A stretch of 64,000 nucleotides of DNA from Eledone cirrhosa (taxonomy: Eukaryota). This document shows, piece by piece, positions 24,634 through 36,344 of the stretch. The notes beneath the pieces are model-generated. The model was not told where the DNA came from and made no database searches. It saw only the letters and a list, made by a program, of their open reading frames with translations. Numbering within the stretch: position 1 is the stretch's first letter; each line of letters begins with the position of its first letter. A program made the translations under genes and the position numbers. The stretch is from the NCBI GenBank assembly GCA_964016885.1, contig OZ024746.1, positions 7,254,001 to 7,318,000 on the forward strand, read 5' to 3'.

Positions 24634-25242
24634 ATGCATGTAATGGCATTTATAGGGCAACATAATGATTTTATTAACAACCCCACCACAGTTCGGGAAC
24701 CTGGGGTCGAAGAACTCAGACTTGCTTTGATGTTTGGTAAAATTTCAGTTATTTTGATGTTAATGGGGATAATTATTACCTGGTTAGAATGGAATATTGT
24801 GTTCTGGGAATCGATAACAGGTCCCTTTCTGTTGCTTATGTCATTTCTAATGTTTATAGTGTCGCTAAAGCAGTTTCTCATCGCCAAAAAATGTAAAAAC
24901 GAAGCAGTTAGTCCTGTCACCCACGAAAACAACGAAAACTATGTAGAAGGTGGCAGAAGTCATAACACAGAGAATATACGATGTAACAATGAGCCACATT
25001 GGCTGTCTAGTAACTTGGTAGAACTACCAACATATGAAGAAGCCTTACAAAGTGTCTATTGTCCACTTTCAATAACTGAACCGGTCAACGATTCTTCTTC
25101 CCTTCCTCCTTCCTATGAACAAGCGGTCACCATGAGTATGGTTCAATATGATCAAATGACGGTAGATGCGGCAACTTCAACTGATGTCATGATCGAATTA
25201 CCTGAAAATCAATCAGAAAAATCTCTAGCCGAACCCACGTGA
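24634..25242 (+). CDS. Intronless 202-aa membrane protein: two N-terminal TM helices and a tail with LPTY and PPSY (PY) motifs; putative Nedd4-family WW-domain ligand
   Basis: Non-repetitive ORF in AT-rich DNA. Two hydrophobic segments (LALMFGKISVILMLMGIIITWL; ITGPFLLLMSFLMFIVSL) followed by KKCK; LPTYEEAL and LPPSYEQAV; AATAAA near 25460. Family not identified. Confidence 0.8.
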   Translation: MHVMAFIGQHNDFINNPTTVREPGVEELRLALMFGKISVILMLMGIIITWLEWNIVFWESITGPFLLLMSFLMFIVSLKQFLIAKKCKNEAVSPVTHENNENYVEGGRSHNTENIRCNNEPHWLSSNLVELPTYEEALQSVYCPLSITEPVNDSSSLPPSYEQAVTMSMVQYDQMTVDAATSTDVMIELPENQSEKSLAEPT

Positions 25243-26204
25243 ATGTCTCACATTTAAATGGGATGTAATCAAAACTAAATCATTTCTTTTATTCAGACCT
25301 TTTTTTTAAATCAAACCAACACATACGTCTAGCGACAATTCTATATATCAACATGAAATACTAAATCATTAAATATGACTTGATATTGTTGCTTTTCGCA
25401 GTTATACTTCAATTGATTTTGTCAAAAGAATTGTAGAAAATATGAGGAAAGATAATATAAATAAAATACATATATAATTGTTCCTTTATCTTGTACGTAC
25501 AACCAGAAATATATACTTCTACTGTGTTTAAATAACATGTGGTCACAGCCAAAAGTTCGAGGTTAATTAATTTGAATAATAAAGAAATTTATAGAAAAAT
25601 GTAACAATTTTCAATTACAGTATTCATATAAAATAAAAAATGGTTTGAGTTAAACGTTTTGGAAATAGTGTGTTCTTGAAATAAAGCTTGTTTGTGGTAA
25701 TGTGAAAAGAGAATTGAAGTGTGTGGAGTTAAAGATAAGTGAAATAAACGTAGGTGACATAATATATAGGAGGATTTGGTGCTTGGTTCCAGTAAAACAT
25801 GTGTCCTACTAAGACTGTCTCCATTCTCATTGAATTCCTGAATTCTATTGGAAGAGAGCAAGGAGTAGTTTGCCGAATAAATGGAAGGTGAAAACCGGAC
25901 TAGATTAATTCTACTGCAGTATATATTGTTATAAAGGGGATCTATATTAAAACGTGATGAAATAAAAATATTTTTATGGATCCAAGAGCGCCGAACAAAA
26001 GACCTTGAGGTATTTATTTCGGTTCTTTACTTTCCGAGTTCAAATCTAGTTGAAGTAAACCTTTCCTTTCATCCTTCCGAGGTCAATATAATATAAAATA
26101 TACCAGTCAAATACTGGGGTAGATATAATTTTATCGACTTTCACTCCAAATTGCTAACTTTGTACCTAAATTAGAAATCGTTATTTTTCTAAACCCAACA
26201 GCAT

Positions 26205-26370
26205 ATTTGAAGGGCCAATGTTTCTAGATCAACTTGAGGGGCCAATGTTTCTAGATCAACTTGAGGGGTCAATGTTTCTAGATCAACTTGAAGGGCCAGT
26301 GTAAATAGATCAACTTGAGGGGCCAGTGTAAATAGATCAATTTGAAGGGGCAGTGTAAATAGTTCAACTA
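26205..26370. repeat. 27-bp minisatellite, about 6 copies
   Basis: Unit TTGAGGGGCCAATGTTTCTAGATCAAC and variants. Confidence 0.9.
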
Positions 26371-27640
26371 ACACGAAAGAAAAATCGAAATGAATTATGC
26401 AGTAACACTCATATAGCGTGATTCATGGAGGTGTATATAGTTTTATATACACCTCTATAATATTTCAGTGTATATTTATCTATGGGTTCACCTTCCTGGC
26501 TACCACCGTGTTTTCAAATGAAAGCTCAACTGGTTAGTAAAGTGAAACAAGTTTGTTATAAAGTTCTATACTATAAACCGCAGGTATGAAAGTTAACAGT
26601 GTTTAGTTGATATGTAAAGTTTTTCATACTCACTGCAAGTGGGGAGCTGTTCGGGACTGTTGTATATCAGTTGGAATACTTCAGAGATAGTCTTTGCTAT
26701 TTCACAAAGGTGAAACTTGTACTTTCTACTGTTATGTTACGTAGTAAGAAGCTGGGCATCCACGTGTAAAAAACTAGAGAGCTAGTCTGTTAGACATGAA
26801 AACAGCTGTGTTTAAGCCTGGGAAAGGTTCCCCCTTTCTTTCTTCCTTTGTTTAGTAGACCATCTTCTTCCCCTCACTTATGGCATTTATAGTCCTTTCC
26901 AATACTACTTTCTTCGTGTTTAACCAATTTATAGTTATATAGCTAAAAGATACTGTAAAATTGGCGAAGAATGGTGACAGATAACACTTCTGGTTTCATA
27001 CACGGTTTAGGAAAGTCAAAAAACAAAAAAACAACTGTTGCCTTCGCTATTAAAATGTACATGCTTGTACCATTATAGTTCCGTTACAAGAAATCCTCCT
27101 CGAAATCTTTGAGGCAAGCTTCTTTCATTGACCAACTTGGCGAACTCAAATTTTGATTGTATTAACATCTTTGTCTGATCAAGTCAGGTTTAGAATTTCT
27201 GCATCTTTCAACAATAGATCCCAGTCTTATCTTGTGGTCGATTTGGAAAACTCTAATCTGTGTATATATTGCACTCTCTGCTCGACACGTGTCCGATACG
27301 AGGTATCGTGCACATACCAAGTTCTGCATGCAAGAGAGGAGCCTTGACAAAAGAAAAACTGTATTTCAGATAAATTCTTTATAATTATTAAGAATATTGG
27401 TTCTTCATTTTCTTTGGTGTTCTTCCGAGACTTTTCCCAAAAGTGTAAGGAAATTGCCTGAATTTTATGGAAAATATCGAACACATATATTTTTAATTAA
27501 AATTTTCATTTTATTTTTAAAAATAATATTGTTTATGTTCATAAAAAATAACTGCTTGTTAAACACCGAAAAAATATTTCTCTTTCAATTGTATCACAGA
27601 AACACGTATAATACCATAATATTATAACTATATATATATG

Positions 27641-27776
27641 AATTGGCAGTATCGGTAGAGGGTTGGACGCCATGCTTTGACGCATAGAGTTACGGCCCTT
27701 GCCATTCTGAGTTCAAATCCCGCCGAGGTTAACTTTGCCTTTCATCCTTACGTGGTCGATAAAAGTAGAAACAATT
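27641..27776 (+). mobile_element. SINE family A copy (internally deleted)
   Basis: Very similar to 698-880. Confidence 0.85.
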
Positions 27777-27844
27777 ATAACTATATTATAATACCATAAT
27801 AATATAACAACTAATGTATTGGTACGGAGGACGGCAAGGGAGAC

Positions 27845-28253
27845 GCGGGGCTCACACCTGCGGCTGGCCAGGGGACACCAGAAGTCTCCATTGCCAATCT
27901 GTCGGAGAGCGACCAGTATTTGAGGAGTTTGGCCCCCTCAGCCCGACGTGCAGCAGAACCTGGGTCAGTCGCAGACTGCACCAGGTTGCGGCTGCAAGTG
28001 GCATCTCAGACGAGGAGTTTGCCACCGCAGAACGGGAAGATGGTCTTGCCATCTGGCCTTTTGCCGTCCCCTCGATCCAGCCCCACCGGCTCGAGCTGGG
28101 AAAGAAGCCTGCAGCGTTCAAGCCATGCTTGAGGGCAGCATGGCGTGGAATGCGGCCGGCACTGTGGCGACAGGAAAGCGGGTGGAGGCCGAAAGAGTTC
28201 ACGGTGGAACCGCAGTGACATTGGTGTGGCTGGCAGATCCGGAGGCCGACCAT
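27845..28253 (-). mobile_element. Fragment of a CRE-like non-LTR retrotransposon: zinc knuckle and restriction-like endonuclease, frameshifted
   Basis: GC-rich island. Frames join as CHCGSTVNSFGLHPLSC..GRIPRH..AAG / EPVGLDRGDGKRPDGKTIFPFCGGKLLV*DATC...AARRAEGAKLLKY..AMETSG, the RH..EP..RPDG..WD..KxxKY pattern of RLE-type elements. Confidence 0.8.
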
Positions 28254-28280
28254 ATTATAACTATATTATAATACCATAAT

Positions 28281-28447
28281 AATTGTTTCTACTTTTTGGC
28301 ACAAGGCCAGCAATTACCCAGTGCATTACTGGTACTTTATTTTATCGACCCCGTAAGGATGAAAGCAAAGTTAACCTCGGTGGGATTTGAACTCAGAATG
28401 GCAAGGGCCGTAACTCTATGCGTCAAAGCATGGCGTCCGACCCTCTA
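28281..28447 (-). mobile_element. SINE family A copy
   Basis: Reverse complement of family A. Confidence 0.85.
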
Positions 28448-29689
28448 ACTATATTATTATACGATAATTATATAACTTTAATATTAATGTGTTCTTGTAT
28501 GTTGGTGGAAGAGTGTTAATCTGAGGGAAAGTGGTAGCAGTGAGGGATAAAGAGAGAGAGAGAGTTTATAGTATATTAGATGGTAACAGTGAGAGGTAAA
28601 GAGAGAGAGAGGGAGAGAGAGAAGGCTATTTACTTATAATATATTACGTAGGAGGAGGAGGTGGTGATGTTTTCTGTAGGGATATTGGTTGGAGAAGGTG
28701 GTGGTGGTGGTGGTGATAGTAAGGTGAAGACGAAGACTATATTTTTTAAAATCATCAATTATTTAACGCATACGCTTTAGTGCAATTAACTCAATTTCCA
28801 TTTAGATCAGCTCATTCAATGACAGGGCAGCGAATTGGTAGAGTCATTAGAACGTCTGATAGAATGATCTGCAGTATTTGCAAAATCCTATTTCATATTC
28901 GTTATTTATGAAAAAGCTGATAAAAGCGAACAAAGAAAACGAATGCATCCGTTTCTCTAAAATAGAATTATTTATTTCGTCAAACATTTATATTAAAAAA
29001 CACTGTACAATTAACATTTCCACCCTCTTTCTCTTACACTCACACATCCTGTATCTCTCTCTTACACACACACACCCTGTCTCCCTCCCTCTCTTTATCT
29101 CAAAGTACCACCAACCCATTCTATATGAGACAGGATGTTCAAAAGTTGGAAATCCTAAACACCACCACCACCGCTGCTGCTGCTGCTACTACTGCTACTA
29201 CTACTACTACTACAACTACTACTACTAGTTCTACTATTACTGCTGCTGCTGCAACAGCAGCAACAACAACAACAACTACAACTACTACTACCACCCGTGA
29301 TATTTCAATGATTAGGCATCTTCCATTTCTGTATTTTACACGATGGCTTCAGGGGGGGGGGGGGGGTAATAGTCCATAGAAGAATCACTACGTGAACCAG
29401 AAACTATAAGTTAGAGATTGGTACATTGGTGATGTGAATATTTGAATTTGTGGTCAATTTTACCATAAACACCCATCTTCAAATATAATGACATTGTTGT
29501 TTTACACAAATGAAGCAGATAGATTGTACATGTGTTACTTTATTGCGCCATCTTAGAGGGGGGAGAGGGGCGAGGGAAAGAGAAGTGTTATAATAAGGGC
29601 TGTATTAACAAAGATGGCTTTATTAGAAGAAAGGTTAGAGATCCTTTCGCTGATGTCCTTAACCCTTTAGCATTATTCTCTGACGCTGT

Positions 29690-29840
29690 GCTTTGTAGCA
29701 AAGAGTTACGGCCCTTTATGGTCTGAGTTCAAATCCCGTCGAGGTTTACTTCGCCTTTCATCCTTACGGGGTCGATAAAATAAGGTACCTGTAATACAGT
29801 GGGATAATTGCTGGCCTTGTGCCAAAAGTAGAAACAATTA
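29690..29840 (+). mobile_element. SINE family A copy
   Basis: B-box, family core and AGTAGAAACAATT tail. Confidence 0.8.
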
Positions 29841-30549
29841 TTCTATATTTACCAAGTTACTATTGTATTTTGATGTTATTTATTTTGAGAACAATACCTT
29901 AACATCCGTATGAGTAGCCAGTTATGGCTGGTTTGAGCAGAAAGCAGTGAGAGAATATAGCCAATTTAAATGTTAAAGGGTTGATGTGGTTGTTAAAACC
30001 ATAGGAGGGTGGCAGAAATGTATGTACCTCAGTTTTTCATTATTATTATGGAATGGTGTATATGTGTGTGAAGATCTGACATCTATATAGTTGACACTTC
30101 TCAGCTTGCTGACCACTGTTTAGTCCTATTTAAATGTAGTTATATTTTCTCTAAAAATGTCTTTTATGGCTCAATAATGCCAGACCATTCACTTGGTACA
30201 ACCCTTATGGAAGTCTGGGAATTTGGTCTGTAGCATGTCCAAAATATATAGCCCCACCAAATCACATACATCAGCATTATTAAATGACCACATGGATACA
30301 ATGAATAGGTCTGTGGCATTTGATGTTTTGGCTGAGGCTATTGTTGAAGAGGAGGGTTTATCTGCTGTGCAGTATCACTACATCTAACGCTGCAGTGACT
30401 TCAAAGATCTGTATTCAGACTTTCTGTTTGACACATAAACTCACACCACCCACACAGATCTTTCTTTCAACCTAAGTTTCAAGAGAGCAATGACTAACCT
30501 CTTGGAGGCTGAGGTTACCGGAGGTCACCGGAACTATTAAAGAGCGCAA

Positions 30550-31197
30550 ATGTGGTAAATCCTCTGAGGAGGATGAAATTCAGACCAAGATGTTAAAAGT
30601 CTTAAATATAGAAGGTATTCTCTGGTATTCGTGCCAACCCTTACCTATGGTCATGAATCTTGAGTAATGACCCGTTCTCCAAATTGAGAGATCACAGCTG
30701 TGATACTACAGGTATGTGATTACTGGCAGGAGACCGTGGGGAAGATCCCATGTAAGACGGTTGGATAACATCCATGAGCTTGGCTGGTCTCACTTAAGGA
30801 TCCAAGTTGATCAGTTGGAGACGGTTGCTTCTGACAGGACCTACTGGACTATGTGAGAGAAGAAGAAGAAGGTGTGATTTGGGGAAATTTAGCTGCTATT
30901 TCTAGGTAGAGCCGCTACTTCACCGAATTGAGAGATCAGAGCTCCAATATTATGGTCATGTGGCTAGAATGTCTCAGGAAAGAATCGCTGGAGAGATTTT
31001 ATGAGCAAAAACAAGCCGATAGGCGACTCAGAGGTAGACCCTGAGCAAGATGGTTGGATAACATCCATGAGCTCGGCTGGTCTCACTTGGGGATCCAGCC
31101 TGATCAGTTGGAGACGATTGCTTCTGATAGGACCTGCTGGAGGGAGTGTTTGAGGGCTGTCTCCACGACCCTCTCAAGTAGAAGAAGAAGAAGAAGA
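30550..31197 (+). mobile_element. Degenerate LINE (RTE-like) fragments with a duplicated 3' end and (GAA)n tails
   Basis: KSSEEDEIQTKMLKVLNIEGILW resembles an RT N-terminal motif; 30755-30850 is repeated at 31045-31140; each copy is followed by a (GAA)n tract. Confidence 0.5.
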
Positions 31198-31820
31198 CTA
31201 TAAATGTTTTTAAAATGAAGTATTAAGAGAACTTTATTTGCAACGATGAAAATTTCATTACAAGACCAAATCAGATTTTTAAAAACTCAACACCAATTTT
31301 TTTTTCTGTAAAAATATATTTGCTTTTGTAATGAAATTTTCATCCTTGGAAACACAATATTTCATGTATATGTAACAATTATTTCATTTGAAAAGAATGG
31401 CTATGACGTAGTTAAAAAAAAGCTAAGTTACTTTTTCATTCCCTATTATCATTACTTTCATTTTTAATTAAGGAAATAATCGGTAAGATTACTCAATTTA
31501 AAAAAAAATTTTTTTACAATTTTTTCGTTCCGTCAATTATATTTTGATTTTCAATTTACTGTCTGAAAATGTCCCTGACAATTTAATAGAACCTTAAAAT
31601 AGGATTATACTACAATATGATTGCACTGACGTTATGTAATAGTATAATCAATATTAATTAATGTGACTTATCTAAAAAAAAACAACAAAAAACAGTTAGT
31701 TTATACACGAGTTGATTTACAAGAAAACTAGGAATAAAAAACGACAATAATAATTAAAATTTAAGTTTAAAGAAACGATGTATAAAATTTTGTTAGTGTA
31801 AGGGGAAGTAATTGAATAAA

Positions 31821-31832
31821 CCGGAAACTACA
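31821..31832 (+). promoter_or_regulatory. Putative ATP5MF proximal promoter element (ETS-type CCGGAA overlapping ACTACA)
   Basis: CCGGAAACTACA 60 bp upstream of the ATG in CpG-poor DNA; ETS sites are common in nuclear OXPHOS promoters. Motif match only. Confidence 0.3.
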
Positions 31833-31880
31833 TTGCGTCGACTCAGAGGCAGTGTTCTCCTTGTAGAATTCAGAATCAAG

Positions 31881-31965
31881 ATGGGTGCAGCTGTTGGAAC
31901 TGTTCCTGCAGAATATAACCACAAGGTTCATGGACCTTATAATCCAGGCACCTATTATGGGCCAC
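31881..31965 (+). CDS. ATP5MF: Mitochondrial ATP synthase subunit f, exon 1 (MGAAVGTVPAEYNHKVHGPYNPGTYYGP)
   Basis: PAEYNxKVHGPYxPxxYYG is the invertebrate subunit-f N-terminal motif; GTAAGT donor at 31966; phase 1. Confidence 0.95.
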
Positions 31966-32850
31966 GTAAGTAGTTTATTTACATCTGTATTAAACTTCTT
32001 CCTCCTCTTAATCCTATTTACACAGCAGTCACATAATTACAACCGTCCACAACTGTTATAACCTTCTTATTTAACTTTCTATTAGACATTTTTATATTTC
32101 CCTCCGTATTTCTTAATATCTTTTCCACTTTTAATACATATTTTATCGTTTATCCTATTTGGAGGTGGAGGACGTGTTTTTTGCATATATTTCTTCAAAC
32201 GAGAGTAAATTATAAATCTCTTATTTGGCAATGTGACCTTCACGAGTGTTGACTCGTGAAAACCTTTCTATATCATATCTACCTAAATACTAATATATAT
32301 CATATCTACCTAAATACTAATATATATCATATCTACCTAAATACTAATATTTATCATATCTACCTAAATACTAATATTTAATAAGTCTGTCCTTGAATTT
32401 ATTGTCGTTCAATCCCAGCCGATATAAGTTGGTGACTGAAGTAAAAAAAAAAAAGAATATATCTTTATATTATTATTAGTTCATTGTAAATAATACAGTT
32501 TCTAACAGGTAAATAATACAGTTTCTAACAGGTAGAAGGAATTTGAAGCGGAGAGGTAATCGATTAAATCGGTTCCATGTACTTCGTTGACCCCAGAAGA
32601 ATAAGTTAACCTTGGTGGAATTTGAACTTAGAATAGAAAATACGTGTAGTGTGTCTCTCTCTACATGTTAAAACTATGTATATTTATATACATATTGGTG
32701 TAGCCTCGCTTAGTTATACTCTGTATGTATACAGATATAACTTTGTAGTATGTTTCAGCTGCTAGCCCACTTAAAATATATTTTAATTAATTAGCAACAC
32801 GAGCGTTAATCATATGCAGATTAGTAGAGCGAATGGCTTTTTAGATATAC

Positions 32851-32899
32851 ACACCTTTTGATGAGGGTCGAACTAGGTCCGAAAATCGATTAAAGGTGT
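32851..32899 (+). ncRNA. Minimal type I hammerhead motif (C3U core variant) in ATP5MF intron 1
   Basis: ACACCUU-UUGAUGA-GGGUC-GAACUA-GGUCC-GAA-AAUCGAUU-A/AAGGUGU. 7-bp stem I, 5-bp stem II with G-U pairs, palindromic stem III. Confidence 0.68.
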
Positions 32900-33805
32900 T
32901 TTTCATGTTTTCAATTTACAGGGAAATTCGTATTTCCTGGCATGTTTACATATTAAAAATGTGTATATATATATATATACAGTGGGTAACCGAGCGAGAC
33001 TGTACCAATGTATATTTATATACACATTACTGCAGTCCCACTGTGTGTGTGTGTGTGTGTATATATACATACACATACACAAACACATCCTTTAAAACCT
33101 CCATGCTTCCCGAGATTCGCCAACACTATACCTGACATCCCCCCTCCATCCATACACATGTATATCATGACTTATACACTATTCACTTCCGACATTTTTA
33201 TATTATTCTATGTACTATACATGCACCTTTGATGAGTTGTAGTGCACCTGAGCACTGTACACAATAATTTCATTATTCGATAAAATAATGTACCAGTAAT
33301 GCACTGGGTAATTGTTGGCCTTGTGCCTAAAAGTAGAAACAATTATATGTATAGCGACAACATCAAAGGAAAATTAAACCAGTAAACTGAAATACTTGGA
33401 GTTGAGACTGAGGAAAGATAGAACAGGCGATATGAAATTGTTTGAAACAGCCTGTATATTTGTAATGGTTCGTTATTTAATATCCTCCTTGTTATTTCTA
33501 GTAGGTTAAACGACCTCCGAAAGGCTGCTGAGTAAATCAACTTTATACTAGATTTAAATTATTCTTTTTCAACTGTTGAACTCATACAAAATTCACACAA
33601 AGAACTAGAGTAACCTCTCGTAGCCTAAGTCATTTATTTTATAGACAATGTGTGTCCATATTATTATGTCTGACTTTCTCTACAATTCTATTTATCTCTG
33701 TCGACCAACAGTTTTGTCTATTTTACTAGCGATTCATTCATAATTCTGAACAAGACTTAAACTTAACCAGAGTTGTCTTCCCTTGCTTGTTGGAAAGAAT
33801 GAAAA

Positions 33806-33932
33806 TAATTGTTTCTACTTTTGGCACAAGGCCAGCAATAACCTAGTACATTACTGGTACTTTATTTTATCAACTCCGTAAGAATGAAAGGCAAAGTTAA
33901 CCTCGACGGGATTTGAACTCTGACCGTAAAGA
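33806..33932 (-). mobile_element. SINE family A copy (ATP5MF intron 1)
   Basis: Reverse complement of the family core and tail. Confidence 0.8.
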
Positions 33933-34440
33933 ATGAAAATAATATTAATTAATCTATTTATTAATAGATTTTTTTTTCTTTCTACGTAATATTGGTTTCT
34001 AGTTACTCTCGGCTCCCAAATAATGGTGGTGTTGGAAAATCGATAATTTTTCTAGGTTGTTTCACTTGAATTAGTCGTTTAGTTTACATATTGCGACCCA
34101 ACCCATCGTATTTATTTTATAACGTATGGGATTTCTAATAATGTACTTTCTTTTTCGTCATGTATAATGTTTTTTAATATACAAAGAAAATTGTCACAGG
34201 AATGCTGCCACTTAAAATATAATTTCGCTGGAGATAGATTAGTAAAATTTAATAAGTTGGGTGGGGAGGTGGTTATGACTTTGACACGGCTGAAGGGTTC
34301 AGCAGGTTTTGTCCATTCCATCACTGACCACTTCAAATACTTTAACCTATTTAGTCAACACTTTCTACCAGTTGTAATGAAACCTGTTAAGTTAGAAAAA
34401 TGTATATATAAAATATTTTTTCCTTTTTTCTCTTTCATAG

Positions 34441-34536
34441 GTGACCCCTTAGGTGAAGCCAAAATCGGTGAGGCTGGAGCTTGGGTTGGCCGAAGGAATA
34501 TGTCTATTCCTGGCTTTGTAAGACTAGTAAACAGAG
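34441..34536 (+). CDS. ATP5MF: ATP synthase subunit f, exon 2 (DPLGEAKIGEAGAWVGRRNMSIPGFVRLVNR)
   Basis: TTTCATAG acceptor, GTAAGT donor, 96 nt, phase 1/1; KxGExxxWxxRR motif. Confidence 0.95.
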
Positions 34537-34864
34537 GTAAGTGTCATCTTCATCATATCTTAATTTTCCAAGTTTGATGGATTAAACAGGATTTCATACG
34601 CTCTGCTTTTGGTTTGGTCTTGTACGGCTGAATACCTTTCCTAATGCTAACCACTTTACAGAGTGGACTGGGTGCTTTATGGCACCAGTACCACCATCTT
34701 ATACAGTGGACTGAGTGCTTTATGGCACCAATGCATCATCTTACAGCATGTACTGTGAATTTTTTGGCAACAGGACCACCACCTTACAGAGTGTAATGGG
34801 TGCTATTTGTCATGGCACCCATAGTACCACCTTACAGAGAGGACTGGGTGGTTTTTGTCATGTT

Positions 34865-34937
34865 ACCTGTATGTCACATACACCTGTTACTGTATACTTA
34901 CTGTTGCAGCCCACCTGCATATATATACTGTCACATT

Positions 34938-34969
<32 letters not shown>

Positions 34970-35074
34970 ATACTGTCATCTGTATGTCATATACACCTGT
35001 ATATATATATATATACTGTCATCTGTATGTCATATACACTTGTATATATATATACTGTCATCTGTATGTCACAT

Positions 35075-35107
<33 letters not shown>

Positions 35108-35144
35108 ATACTGTCATCTGTATGTCACATTATACACCTGTATG

Positions 35145-35189
<45 letters not shown>

Positions 35190-35379
35190 TGTCATCTGTA
35201 TATCATATACACCTGTATATATATATATATATATATACTGTCATCTGTATGTCGCATTATACACCTGTATATATATATACTGTCATCTGTATGTCATATA
35301 CACCTGTATATATATATATACTGTCATCTGTATGTCATATACACCTGTATATATATATACTGTCATCTGTATGTCACAT

Positions 35380-35412
<33 letters not shown>

Positions 35413-35447
35413 ACTGTCATCTGTATGTCACATTATACACCTGTATG

Positions 35448-35484
<37 letters not shown>

Positions 35485-35630
35485 TGTCATCTGTATATCA
35501 TATACACCTGTATATATATATATATATATACTGTCATCTGTATGTCGCATTATACACCTGTATATATATATACTGTCATCTGTGTGTCATATACACCTGT
35601 ATATATATACTGTCACATTATACACCTGTT
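34865..35630. repeat. Compound minisatellite with variable (TA)n (ATP5MF intron 2)
   Basis: Unit CTGTCATCTGTATGTCA(CAT)TATACACCTG(TA)n. Confidence 0.95.
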
Positions 35631-35687
35631 ATTTCACCAAACTTACCTTCCACCCAGTCTTTATCTCTCATCTAACCTTTGTTTCAG

Positions 35688-35804
35688 TTCATTGGAGGTG
35701 GTTGCAGAACTATTTTGTGTCAAAGAAAGGAGGTTCTGCTGGTGTGGCTCAATTTTGTGTTTTACTCTCAATGAGTTATTACTTCCTACAGTACAGATCC
35801 CACA
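35688..35804 (+). CDS. ATP5MF: ATP synthase subunit f, exon 3 ([38 protein letters not shown])
   Basis: TTTCAG acceptor, GTGAGT donor, 117 nt; WRW motif and TM helix characteristic of subunit f. Confidence 0.95.
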
Positions 35805-36344
35805 GTGAGTATCGTTGCCATTTGTCTACCCTAGTTTAGATTGAGACAAGTCAGCTCCACAGATCTTATACAGATCTGTATTTTAGCTTGGTTGCCCTTC
35901 CTATCACCAACCATTTTACAGCATGTACTAGGTGTGTTTATCATGTAGAACACCAACACTAGGGAGCTGCTGTACTGTGGCACGACTGAAGAGACCCCCC
36001 CCCCCTCCTTTATACAGTGATATGAAGTACTACACTCCAGTTGTTTGGTCAATGGAACAGCCTGCTTATTCCACAGACACGTGTATCCATAACATAATAC
36101 TCGGGGAGATTCAGTGTGTAACAAGGTAGAGCCTTTGAATTACAGGCTTCCAAACAGTTCCTGTCTACCTAATTTCACATGCAAGACAAAGGTTGACCTG
36201 AGGCTATGGTAAATATTTACCCAAGATGCCACACAGTGGGATCAAACCTAAGACTTAATGATTGTGAATTGAACTCCTTAACCATGCAGCACCCACAGAC
36301 TTTATCATCTTGTTTACATATCATCACCTGGACCTTGGATAGTT

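Noticed and set aside
27153-27484. Overlapping 62-85-aa ORFs
   Set aside because: No recognisable domain or consistent splice structure.
29125-29379. Poly-Thr/Ala ORF
   Set aside because: Compound trinucleotide microsatellite with no splice or homology support.
32239-32260. 9-bp hairpin TTCACGAGT-GTTG-ACTCGTGAA in ATP5MF intron 1
   Set aside because: Too short to separate from chance, with no supporting element boundary.
34715-35687. 291-374-aa ORFs in all three + frames
   Set aside because: Stop-free translation of a (TA)n minisatellite. Only 35688-35804 is a real exon (ATP5MF).
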